Assembly (NCBI GenBank): GCA_032718475.1
Contig: JAUCBJ010000005.1
Location: forward strand, 1 to 64,000
DNA: 64,000 nt
DNA from: Nemertoderma westbladi
Taxonomy: Eukaryota; Animalia; Xenacoelomorpha
Direction: 5' to 3'
Positions 50,991 to 63,361 of the stretch are shown here, piece after piece; position 1 is the stretch's first letter; the number at the start of each line of letters is the position of its first letter. A program made the position numbers and the translations under genes. The notes beneath the pieces are model-generated. The model made no database searches and was not told the DNA's origin. It saw only the letters and a program-made list of their open reading frames with translations.

Positions 50991-53900
50991 AAATAAATAT
51001 CTATTGTAATCTATAATATATATATATATAATAATCTATATAATATCTATAATAATCTATATAATATCTATATAAAATGAATGTTAGAACTTATTTACAT
51101 AATGAAAGTAACATAAAGAAAGTAACATTTTTATTCTTAAAGGGTCACTTTTTCGCTCGAATATACCTCAAAATCGGGAGAAAAAGATTCACGTTTTTTC
51201 CCCAGGGAAAAAAAGTAATCTATAGGATTGCATTGATTTAACTTTTCTTCCCGGCGAGAAAAGTAAAGTAGAATATTTTTGGAGGAATTTTTTAATTTTA
51301 TTACATATATTGAAAGAGCATCGACGTAGAAAAGATTTTAAAGTAATTTTAGCAAAATCCATTCCCACACTCAAAAGTTATTACAACTTTAGTGTCTGCA
51401 AGGCGAACTCCAAAACGGAACTCAGTATCCAATATTGGTTTATGTAGTTAAGCGGCTCTCAAGTTACGTAACAAATATTCGAGAACACAAAATTATTTTA
51501 ACATTGAGTAAGGCAACAACATCGAGAGTTGAAGAGTACAATAATTTTAATCGTAGTAACTATAGAAGCAAAAGCAATATAGTAAAATACTGCAGTTCAA
51601 TTTATTTTGTAACACTACTGTACTGTAGTATTTCTCTATATTTTATTATAGAATTTAGCAACAAAAAGGTACCAATTTAAGAATAAAATTACGTATTACG
51701 TGGGAAAAAAACGTAGAACATTTTTTTTTTCAATATTCTCTCGACCCTTTATTAACCTGGGTGTCGCTCGGAAAATAAAATGCCTTTAGAATAATGAAAA
51801 AAAGTTCTACTTTTTTCCCATGTAATAAATAATTATTTTGCCCGACTTTATAATTCCCCTTTTCCTCTAAAATAGTAAAAGCATTTTCTTCTCGGCCTTT
51901 GTCCTCGAAAATGTAAATTCTAAAGTCGGACAAAATAATGTTACTTTATTTTTGTGAGAGAAATAGTTACAAATTTTATATTATTTGATTTATTTTAATT
52001 CAATTTTATTTGTTAATGCAAATACCGGTATGTAAATACTGTATATGTTGTTACTGTGGCAACAATGTTTACCCCCCCCCCCCCCCCCCCCTTATTGAAC
52101 ATTTTAACTGTTCATTATTTACATTATTTTCCTTTATTTTTAATTTTTTTTCTATTATGTATGTTAAGACATCAAATTTTATGTATCTAATATTTTGGCT
52201 AGAGTTCCGCTCGTCCCATTTTAATTTTATACCAAAGTGTACAAGTTTGCTAGCTGTTACCTTTTAGCGTTTGTGTAAAGTGTTCTAGAACATTTCATAA
52301 TAGTTTTTTTAATTATGATCTAGAACAAGTTATATTTTGTTCTAGAACATTTTCAAAAAGTAGGAAATTTTTTTATTATATATATATCCAATCCCATCTG
52401 TTTCTTGGAGTCTGTGTGATACGTGCTCGTTACGGCGGTGGCGACAGAATCCATATACTGGGAGGTCAGTCTCCGGGTCGCTCAGTATAGTGCAGGTTGG
52501 GGGTGCCGGCGGTACGCAAGTACACACCACCTTCATGCCATACCTGGCCTGGGTATGGTCATTATGGTCTTGGGTCAGAGGACGCGCATACGTTGACCAC
52601 CACTGTTGCACACACGGATGACTACTGACACACACTCGGTTGCTTTTATTAAACAGTATTTGATTTAATCAACAGGGTAGGGTGCTTTTATTTCTTTATT
52701 ATCTCCATGAATGGATTTCTTCCATCTTTTCTTGTACTCTTTTCAATTCCAGTTATTGTTTAGTGACAGTTTTTTACTTTGCAAGTAACAAACTATTCTA
52801 GAATGTCATGTTTCATTAGATACTGCATCTTTTATTTTTTGAAAAAGTTTAAAAATAGCTAGCTTTTTAAAACATTAGCTAGACAAAAAAGAATAGCTAC
52901 CATAAAAATATTAATATATTTTTATCGCGGGAAATGTTCTAGAACATTAATATATGTAAAAAACTCTTCAAAAATAGCTAGTAAAAAATCTGAATATGGG
53001 GAGGACGGGCGGAACTGTTGCCAATATTTTATAAATGGTAGCTAGTGTTTTTTATTATAATTAATAATTTGTTTAATAATAATTTGTATTTTGATAAGGT
53101 TTTGAGGATTTTTGTATTGTGTTTTTGAATGTAATTTTTTGTTGTGAAACATTGATAGCTATTATAGTAACTGATCTAGATAGCTATTATTTTGCTACTA
53201 TTATTATAGTTTTTTTAATAATTTTTTAATAATTTAATTTTTTATGGAGTAATAAATTACTTAAGGTGCCGACAAGCCGACTTTAGAGGGGTTAATTCAA
53301 CATTACAATAAGGACTGAGTTGAGGACGCCCCTCGTTACTAAAACTCATTTCCTCTTTGAATCTCTATTACTAATATATTTCTGCCTCTAGGGCCATCAT
53401 CAGCGTAACAATTACCGAACTAGACTAAAATAATAAATTACACCATCCCCATTAATACAACAACAATTTTTAGCAAGTCGGAGCCCCCCCCCCCCTAATT
53501 TTTTAAAATTTCAATCATATGCTACGAAATTTGGTATGATGATATTTCGACAACTTTTCGCACTGCTAATAGAGTGCCCTTTTTTCTAGAATATTAATTA
53601 TTATTTAGTTGAGCTTTTAAAACTGTCAATCTTGTTTCTTCATTACGCGTAATTCATATTCTAGAATTGAGTAAAAAAACATTAGAATTATATTGATTTA
53701 CATGTCAAAACGTATTTGTTTGTATACCTTTGAATTTTTATTATATGTGAGCGAATATTACACGTTTTATTTGGTAATATTGGTGAAGTATTTACGCATT
53801 ATCAACGTACTTGAGATAGCTTTATTGGTATTATAACAAATAAAACGTAACCACAAAACCATTCTTTCATTGAAACACCTCTGGGATCCATACCAAACCC

Positions 53901-54478
53901 ACGACTGGATTTAATGACAGCGGGACCCCTGGTCGAGACCAGAGTGAGCTTGACTAAGACAGGGAGGTGCCGGTAGATATTATCAGCTAAGGACATACAC
54001 AATAATCGTTGAGCGATTTCTGAACTACGTAGACCCGACGGAATCTAATCACATTATATCTCCGGAAGTTATTGGTGAAATTGAAAACGGTATTCAGATT
54101 CGGAATCTGCAGCTGAGGGTGGCTCTAATGATATCTAGGCTACATTCAAAAGACGAAAAATAAGCCAACTGAGATGGTTAAATATTTCCAAATAGGCGTT
54201 TTTTAAATACTCATTGTAGCTAAAAAAAAAAATTGAAAAATCCGACCGGGTGGCAGTAAGAAAAGGTGTCGAACCATCTTCATATCAAATTTAATAGCAT
54301 TTGATTGAAAATTAAAGGAGGGGGGGGGGGGGGGGGGGGTGCTCCGACCAGCTTAAAATGGTTGTTGTATTAAAGGAGATGCTGAGATGGTGTATATAAC
54401 AAAGTAACTGTAAAATTAATGTCAATATAAACTGGTTTAACAATCGGGTTATGTAAAAAGTAAACTTAGATTATCGCA

Positions 54479-54817
54479 ATGGACGAGACAGAAAGGGGTA
54501 ATCCTTTCATACCAGTGGAGTCATCAACGTCCGTCCAAGACACGAAAACAACAGTTAAACCCAAAACAAAGAAATCCATATCAAATGAAACACACACACC
54601 TACAAAACAACGACACATATCAACGGCCCAGTCCACATCTAAACAACGGCACATTGCAAAGGACTCAAGACCATCTACACCACAGAAACCACAGGCAACC
54701 ACTAGCACAGATGGAAACATAATCTCCCGTTCCCATCTCTCCTGCTCATCCTCAGATCTTGAGGACAATACAGCTAACCCGATGCAACAGTTGCAGTTAG
54801 AGCAGAAACAATTACAG
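54479..54817 (+). CDS. Predicted exon 1 of a nested SNARE-motif gene (S/T/K-rich disordered N-terminus)
   Basis: ATG in tcgcaATGG context; 113 open codons ending MQQLQLEQKQLQ at donor CAG|gtaggc (phase 0). Reading past the donor hits TAG after 5 codons. Confidence 0.6.
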
Positions 54818-55670
54818 GTAGGCCTACCAGTGTAGACAGAGTCACAATGATTGGAGCAGAAACAATTACAGGTAGGCCTACCAATGTAGACAGAGACACA
54901 ATGATTGGAGCAGAAACAATTACAGGTAGGCCTACCAGTGTAGACAGCGTCACAATGATGGGAGCAGAAACAATTACAGGAAGGCCTACCAGTGTAGACA
55001 GCGTCACAATGATTGGAGCAGAAACAATTACAGGTAGGCCTACCAGTGTAGACAGAGATACAATGATTGGAGCAGAAACAATTACAGGTAGGCATACCAG
55101 TGTCGAGAGAGTCACAATGATTGGAGCAGAAACAATTACAGGTAGGCCTACCAGTGTAGACAGAGTCACAATGATTGGAGCAGAAACAATTACAGGTAGG
55201 CCTACCAGTGTAGACAGAGACACAATGATTGGAGCAGAAACAATTACAGGTAGGCCTACCAGTGTAGACAGAGATACAATGATTGGAGCAGAAACAATTA
55301 CAGGTAGGCCTACCAGTGTAGACAGAGTCACAATGATTGGAGCAGAAACAATTACAGGTAGGCCTACCAGTGTAGACAGAGACACAATGATTGGAGCAGA
55401 AACAATTACAGGTAGGCCTACCAGTGTAGACAGAGATACAATGATTGGAGCAGAAACAATTACAGGTAGGCCTACCAGTGTAGACAGAGACACAATGATT
55501 GGAGCAGAAACAATTACAGGTAGGCATACCAGTGTCGAGAGAGTCACAATGATTGGAGCAGAAACAATTACAGGTAGGCCTACCAGTGTAGACAGAGTCA
55601 CAATGATTGGAGCAGAAACAATTACAGGTAGGCCTACCAGTGTAGACAGAGTCACAATGATTGGAGCAGA
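54798..55670 (+). repeat. 54-bp tandem repeat spanning an exon end and splice donor, 16 units
   Basis: Unit ggagcagaaacaattacag|gtaggcctaccagtgtagacagagtcacaatgatt. The first unit overlaps the last codons of exon 54479-54817. Confidence 0.92.
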
Positions 55671-55929
55671 ATTGAGTAGACTCGGTAGGTATTATAAATG
55701 AATCGCGAAAAATCGTGGTCAAAAAATCCGAATATTCTACAAAGCTAGTGGTTCCTACTGATGGAATTGGAAGCATTCTTCACATCAACAAATAACACAC
55801 CCTATCCTTGGGTAGTGCAGTATGTTCAACCCACAGGTCTCTTAATAACAAGTATAGCCGACTCAATTCCAGCAGACAACCCATTACACAGTTGGTTTAC
55901 AAGATACCATCTCATTATATCTTATATAA

Positions 55930-58900
55930 CGAGAGAAAGCCGCCCCATTATGAGATTATTACAAAAACATATCCATTGGGTAAGAAAGTGGAGGAGAGCC
56001 AGCCCGTCTCTTAATTTTTTACTTTATATTACGCGATCAATTTTCACTCATCTCGTCATGAACCCAACATGTATGTAACCTTTTGTTAAATTTGTTGGCT
56101 ATGCGTTTGCGGTTGTTTGGGCGGAGTGTGTTAGGCCTACACTTTTCACACATAAATATTTTGGTTGTGAAATGTTACAGGGCATAGCTATCTGAGATAT
56201 TTCATTTATATTTTATTATGAGAGGAAGAAGAACATACAACGTTATTTACTATATATGTAACAAAATAATTGTTTTCGGGTTTAACTTGGAAGCCTCCCC
56301 AAATAGTTGATATACAATTATATTTAAAATTATTTCCATGGTCATGGTCATTCACCCGTCTTTAGTTAGAAATTTGTTTGCATGAAAGACAGTTTAGTTT
56401 AGTTTTTACTGATTTATTATCTCTTATCTGACTGGGGTAATAATAAAGGATAGGATAAATGGAAGCAAAGTGTGACAGTAACAAATATTTCCCCGTCACC
56501 CTAGCATGTCTTCAGTATATGATATATCAAAGGGGGAAGTTTGGATTCACTGCATAAATGCAGTTCACCAAACTTCCCCCGAATGCACACTGTAACTTCC
56601 CCCTTCCCACAAATATCCACTGTTGAATTAATTTGAAGCGTTATAATAAGTACAAAATTGTGCGAGTTTTTAATTGTGTGGTCCAATTGTTATTTGATTT
56701 CTATTTATTATTTCAAGTGCATTTAATATCACACTGGTTTTTAGAATATTATACTATACAACCTTATGTTTTATTAATTTACCCAATCGAAGCCTCATAA
56801 GGGCCGGTTATTTGTACGCATATCCCCTAATGCGCTCAGTAAGGTTCAAACAACATATTAATATGAAAATAAAGTATCTGCAAAGAAAAGAACCCAATAC
56901 TATATAATTTGACCTTATTAAAAAATTTGCACTTTTGCACACTTATTTGTACAAATGCACTTTAGCAGATCGTAATGGTGGCTCTTATTTAACAAACTTA
57001 TGTTTATCCTCTACCGATCTACGATGGTGTATGATCAAGTGTCAGTCGGTAAAAGTGTCAAAAATCCAATTTAATAAATCTGGATTTGCGATTTTGGACC
57101 ATATTCATGGACATTTTAAGTCACTTTATAGACATAAAACGTTAAACAAACGATTATAGTTAGAAATCATTCCAAACTACATTTTAATCCAAAAAATAAT
57201 ATTCTACGATGAATAGAACTGGAAATAACAGTGTTTGAAATATCGAAAAAATGTTCACTATTTAAGTGCATTTTGCACTAAGTGCACATAAGTCTTTTCC
57301 CAAGTTTTATCCTATTTCACACACTACAATCTATCCTCTATCCAATGAAAAAAGTTTCAGATTAAACGGCCCTGTAGAACCGAAGTTATTTATGTTTAAA
57401 AATAGTCACTCGAAAATTTCAAATTCTCTTGGTCACATAGTCTAGTGGTTATCAATCACGTTAATGAAACCTAAGTTCGCGGGTTCGAAATCCAATATTG
57501 ACCTGACCATTCTTAATTTTTTTGCAAAAAAAATTATTTTTATTTTTTCACTAAAATCGCTCTAACTTCGGTTCTGGTGGTCCAAATTCAATAAAATTGG
57601 TATATTCTTTGCCGTAATTTTTTTCTTAATCTTTTGAGAAGGGGTTATTTTTGGCCCCAAAAAAATTAAAAAAAAGGGCCAAAATAACGCGATATTTTTC
57701 GACCCTTAAAATTCGTAATTTTAAATATATATGTTAAGATAAAAGATAGCGGAGTTAATTTGATACTTTTTACAGGTACTTTTGGCGCAATACGCTAAAT
57801 TATAATGGAATAGCGATTTGTTAAAAAAAAAAATTTTTCGTCCCTTTTTATAAATATTATATTTCACACGATCGCCTGCCGCTCCAGTTTTATAATACCT
57901 CCGGCGCTGTGATTAACGCTGTTAGATAGATAATTTAACGCACTATAAGTCTGTGTAAACAAATTTCCCGTAAGTTAAGTAGTTTTCGAGCTAGACGATT
58001 TCCCGCGAAGCAAGTTTGAAGCGCGAAATTATAATTTTGGCCCTCATTTTTTTAATATCATCCTTGGAGCAAAACCGATAGCATATTTGAATTCCCCGTA
58101 TGGATATTGACTGTATAGAATGTACCTTAACCAACTAAAGTTAAAAATAAAAAATTATTCGATAAAAACTACTTTACAAATTCTGGCCCTTTTTGGCCCC
58201 TATTGCCGACATATTTTTTGTACCCCCATTCGATAGGAACGTAGCCCCAATGGTCTTCTACGAGTTTCATAAAAGAATTAGTAGATTCCTACCCGCGTTG
58301 TCGAATTAAACATTTCGGAAATAAGTTTTCCAAAAAAGACGGACAAAACGTACAAATTTACAGCCCCTTTTTCCACCCGAAATTTTAATAAATATCTTAC
58401 CCCCATTCGATACGAAGGTAGTACCACTCTTCCCCTTTCCAACCGCGTTACTTTCGTCCCCGTACGATTAATATTAGCCGAGTTATAGCGGATCCCGCAA
58501 AGTCATTTTGTCCGTTTTTTCAACTTTGACGGACATTTTCGGAAAAAAGGCGTGGTAATCTTTTTTGAAAAAAAAAAACGAATTCACTAATTAATCCCTT
58601 CTATCGTATCCCGGCGTCGGCTAAGCAATAACCTAGGGTTTTTTCGAGCCACTGTAGAGCGCCTTTCAAAAAAATTTTAAAATTATCGAAAAAATGACGG
58701 ATTTTTGTCCGCCGTGTCCGTCGAAGGGTTAGATTTAATAATGTTAGAGTTGCTAATATCTTAGAATTCCGAGCCGCTCCCCTGGTGAGAAAATAAAAAA
58801 ATTTGGTCAGTTCCTTCATCGAAAAGTCCCCCAGAATCCGAAGTTAACCTATATAGTTAGCGATGGCCTGCGGCTTTAGGAGCGGCCGCGGTATTCACCT

Positions 58901-58954
58901 CCCTCATAGCGGCCGCGGCGGTGTTGCGTCAAATGGAGAAATATTTATCCCACC
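55930..58954 (+). mobile_element. Large non-coding dispersed repeat, copy 2, inside the predicted intron of the SNARE gene
   Basis: Matches 3532-5764; the identical 72-aa spurious ORF appears in both copies. Confidence 0.88.
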
Positions 58955-59237
58955 CAGGGCCATTTTTATATACTGGTACCGGAACTGAATTAAGATAAAG
59001 CGTATTGTATATACATAGCTACTCTATATGTATATAACTGTAAACTATAATATCAACACTAAAAAATACTATAAAAAAAATAAAATCAAAAGAAAAGAAA
59101 AATATTGTCCAGATGAGAGCCGCATCGTAACTTATTGTCACAAATCAAATCAACATTTATTAATAGTAAAAAAAATGTATTAATTAATCTATTATAAATG
59201 ATTTATAATCTGACTTAGTAATATATCAATTACGCAG

Positions 59238-59537
59238 CAACGAAAAAACGAACAAGCCCAGATACAAGAAATGGAGACACAAGTAGGGTTACTACACGAT
59301 GTTATAGATAAAGTAAACAAATCGGTGGAAGGTGAACAAGGAGAGCTTGTCAGTTCTATAGAGGGTTATATTGAGAAGATTGATATGCGATTTAAAAAGG
59401 GAAATAAAGATCTGCAGAAGGAAATAAGGTACAGGATTCCATGTAAAGAGGGAAGTACTCTCTGGTTGGGTTTAATTGCTATAATAGTGATACTAGTCGT
59501 AATAATTGTGGTTCTGGTAGTATATTATGAAACCTAA
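59238..59537 (+). CDS. Predicted terminal exon: Qa (syntaxin) SNARE motif + transmembrane anchor
   Basis: Acceptor ttacgcag|CAA (phase 0), branch-like ctgac at ~59210. Translates QRKNEQAQIQEMETQVGLLHDVIDKVNKSVEGEQGELVSSIEGYIEKIDMRFKKGNKDLQKEIRY..LWLGLIAIIVILVVIIVVLVVYYET*, resembling syntaxin H3 ([10 protein letters not shown]..) plus TM. AATAAA at ~59556. Confidence 0.75.
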   Translation, partial: QRKNEQAQIQEMETQVGLLHDVIDKVNKSVEGEQGELVSSIEGYIEKIDMRFKKGNKDLQKEIRYRIPCKEGSTLWLGLIAIIVILVVIIVVLVVYYET

Positions 59538-60599
59538 GTAGTATAAATGAAAACTAATAAATTAAATAAAAATAACAATAATTTCAAAGTCGGCGTGAAA
59601 TACGTCGTGGAGCGTGAAATATGTTGTGGGGCGTGAAATACGTAATGGTGCGTTAAATATGTCGTGGAGTGTGAAATATGCCGTGGTGCATCAAGGTTGA
59701 AATGAAAGAAAGATAATGCTATTATTGGAAAATAGGCCACCACAATATCAAATCATCAATGTCATCTGCAAGATCGCACCATCCAAAGATTTTTAGGTTT
59801 TAAAATTTGATGCCCAGGCCTGCCCCCCCCCCCCCCCCCCCCCCCCCCTCTTACGTAATCCATCTAATTCAATAATCCGAGAGCCCAGAAATATGAAAGA
59901 AGGATAGTGAAGCAATAAAATTCCACAGAGCTAACAATTCGATATTATTATTTCGATACCGTCGATATTTCGAAAATTGTAGCTCCAGTTTCTAATTTCC
60001 GTACACACATTGAGCTCATCAAACCCCAATGTACCTCATTGTCGACAATAAAAAACGTAAACTCGAAAACGTTTGCTTGGAATAAAACCGGGCTTTCCGG
60101 TACGCTGCCAAGTTTACAACTAACTATTCCCCTAACACCTTCAGAAATTATAGGCTCTGGAGAATGTTTACATGGTAGCTGTACTGTATGTGGACAGGTT
60201 GGTGTTTAAATCCGTTGACTTTACATTCACATAAAAGTCTTGTACTTTACTCCCAAAATATTCAAATCACTTTGATGTAATTTGTAGTTGCGTAAATATC
60301 AGGCAGTCTGTCTCTCGGTACCGGTAGTTTCAGACTTTTGATAAAAACCGAAATAAGTCTGTCAATCAAAGATGAAATTAAACTAAACTTGGTCAGTTTT
60401 CAGTCTCGTGCTGCGCGAAGGTACCACGAACGTGAACACATTCTGTGTACGATTGGTTGGAACCCACCAGGTAATACTATTCTGATTCCCCAAAGTTCAG
60501 TCAGGATGTCCAATACGACCCATTTTATCTGCCATTGAAACTACACCTTATAACTGTGGCCAAATTACTGGTTACCAAACGAAATATTCTAGGTTGTTA

Positions 60600-61540
60600 G
60601 GGAAATTACTGATATTCGTAATTCACAGAATATGTACAAGGTTTGTTATGGATGTGACATATTTGTTTACTTTATATTTGCTGCATTTAGATTAAATTAT
60701 CTCTATCATTTTATCTAAACTATTCGCGGACTCTGACTTTTCTAAAATAATCTGTCAAAGACGTATGTAGAGTAGCTATGGGTAGTCCTATGGGGCCACT
60801 TTTTGCTAATTCGTTTTTGTGTCACCATCAAGTGGTTTGGATGATACATTGTCCTTTGGGATATTTTCTAATTATATACAGACGGGTTTGTCGATGAATG
60901 TTTTGCACAGTTTAATAGCCGATATGTTAAGCTACTGAGTTTCTAGGATACATTATTAACTCGAAACACTGCTCTATAGAGTTCACTGCTGAATATGAAG
61001 TAGATGAAGATAAAACTATATATTTTCATGATGTTTCTATTGCGCGGGATACAGAGTACTTAGACATTGGTGTACCATAAGCCTACTCTCACTGGTCTAT
61101 ACAGTAGATATGACGCATATGCCCCACTCAGATTTAAGGTTGCACTATTTTCTACTCTTGTCTACAGGACCTCCATGATCCTGTTGTACTTGGACTGGTT
61201 TCTATGCTAATATAAACTCTTTACATACTACTCTACGCAAAAATGGTTACCCTCAGGATCTATTAACCTGGTTCACTGACAAACTAATTATTAAGCTGTC
61301 CGGACCCCAAAACCCTAGATCGCAGTCAGTCCATAGGATGCCAGTCTACATAGACTTGCCATTTCTTGGCCCAGCCTCTGTCCTTTTACAGGACGTAGCA
61401 TTTAAAATGACTTAATCCGAGCTTTCCCTCAATGCAAATTCAACTTTATTTTCAAACCCACCTGCAGACTCTCAAATTTGTCAGTTTCAAAGATCATCCC
61501 CCAGTTTGTTTACGCCTGATTCTAGGGTATAAATTTACGA
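60600..61540 (+). mobile_element. Degenerate Penelope-like element RT
   Basis: MDVTYLFT, VAMGSPMGPLFANSFL, ..FVD.., KPTLTGLY, NGYP, LPFLG; many stops and frameshifts. Confidence 0.75.
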
Positions 61541-62490
61541 ATATTACAATGTAGGATGTGAGAAGATGGGAAGGTGGTTAGAATTGTGGGACGATGGGAA
61601 TGTGGAAGGTGGTAAGATGGGAATGTGGATTGAATTGTGGGACGATGGGAATGTGGGGAGGTGGGAATACGGGAATCAATAATTTAATAATTAATTTATT
61701 ATTGCCAAACAAATATTTATTACTGCAGTAATACAAAAAATACTTTTGTTACATTATGTCAACTTAACAGCGTTCTGGTGAATTACTCGTAACGCTGCAA
61801 AGTACTACTTTGTAGCGTTGCGGCCTATAGGACGGAACGCTGCAAAGTAATCAACGACATGGAAACAACTTCAATTACCGTATTCCAGAATGTATTATTT
61901 CCATTTATATTAATGCGTGCTTCTTTATTCAAATGCAGCACGTGTTTGCATTTGACGTAACGGGACTATGTAAATATTTGTTTAACGCGTAAGACTGTAT
62001 TCCATATGTCTAAATGTCCTATAGAATACATTTTAGAGAAAATTAGCAAAGAAAATATGACGACAGTTTCGGTAATACTCAACGGACACAGACGGTGACT
62101 CAGTTTGATTCAGTCGACGATGGATCAAATATTTATCACATCCATGCAAGAGATAACAACAATAAACTTTAATTAGATATAAATGTATAATTAATACTGT
62201 GTACATGTTAATAAATTTCACTTATATTCGAAATAGTACATGATTACAATGTTTAAAAGAGTATCCATAAAATCCTTTCTTCACATACCGAACGCTGATA
62301 AGTTGACATAATGTAACAAAATTACATACATCATTGCTTGCAAAGGTCACTTTTCAGCGTTAAAGACCCTTGTTTATTTATGTAAACCTCCCTCGCTGCG
62401 CTCGCTCGGTACATAAATAAACTCGGGTCATAACGCTGCAAAGTGCTACTTTGCACACAATGATGTAAATAGTTATTTTGTTTTACTAAT

Positions 62491-63360
62491 ACACCATGAC
62501 CCGTAATATAGTGTCATTTTCTGATGACACGGACCCCCCCCCCCCCCCCCCACCCCCAATTTTTCTACAAATCTTTATCATATTGTTTGAAATTTGAAAC
62601 ACCACTAGTTCAACTCACCGTGGTTGTTACCATGAAGCCGGAATTTTCGATTTCGCCTTTAAATTTTTTTATAAGCGTTTTAAAAAAGTGTCTTTTGCGA
62701 AATCGCACCCTCTGTATCATTGCCATTCTTCACTTTAGTCGTAATTTTTTCACATCAATAGAAAGCTTGCGTTGCAAGGATTCCAAATATGTAACAATAT
62801 CTGAATTTCGTTGAGAAACAGCTGAGAAATAGGCGTTCAAAGATTGCAAGAATTATTGTTCGCTGCAAGCCATTTATTCTATTTAATAAATACACAAAAT
62901 TCTAGAACGTGTTATTTATTTTATGAGTTGGTAGGCAACAGCGGTATGCCTATACAATATCTATACTGCGTAGCTAATCATACATAAACAAATTGTTCCA
63001 GAATATTGTGTATTTATTAAATAGAATAAATGGCCTGCAGTGACAATATTCTTGCAATCTGCAACTGGTCTCTCAACGAATGTCAGATATTGCTACATAT
63101 TTGGAATCCTTGCAAGCGCAAGCTTTCTATTGATGTAAACATTACGAACTCAAAGTGAAGACATGGCAATGATACCGTAGGGTGCGAGTTCGCAAGACAC
63201 TTTTTTACAACTGTAATAAAATTTAAAGCGAAATCGAAAATTCCGGTCATGGTAACAACTACTGAGTGAATAGTTGTGTTCCAATTTCAGACAATATGAT
63301 AATGATCTGTAGAAAAATTGGGTCCGTGTCACGGAAAATGACCTGTATTTCGGGTCATTT
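62491..63360. mobile_element. Foldback MITE, same family as 38350-38998
   Basis: Left arm is near-identical to 38350-38750; right arm is a decayed reverse complement. Confidence 0.7.
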
Positions 63361-63361
63361 G

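Noticed and set aside
54466-55776. Cys-rich 436-aa minus-strand ORF (CNCFCSNHC)n and the (MIGAETITG..)n plus-strand ORF
   Set aside because: Translations of the 54-bp array; the plus-strand exon/donor model explains the unique flank better.
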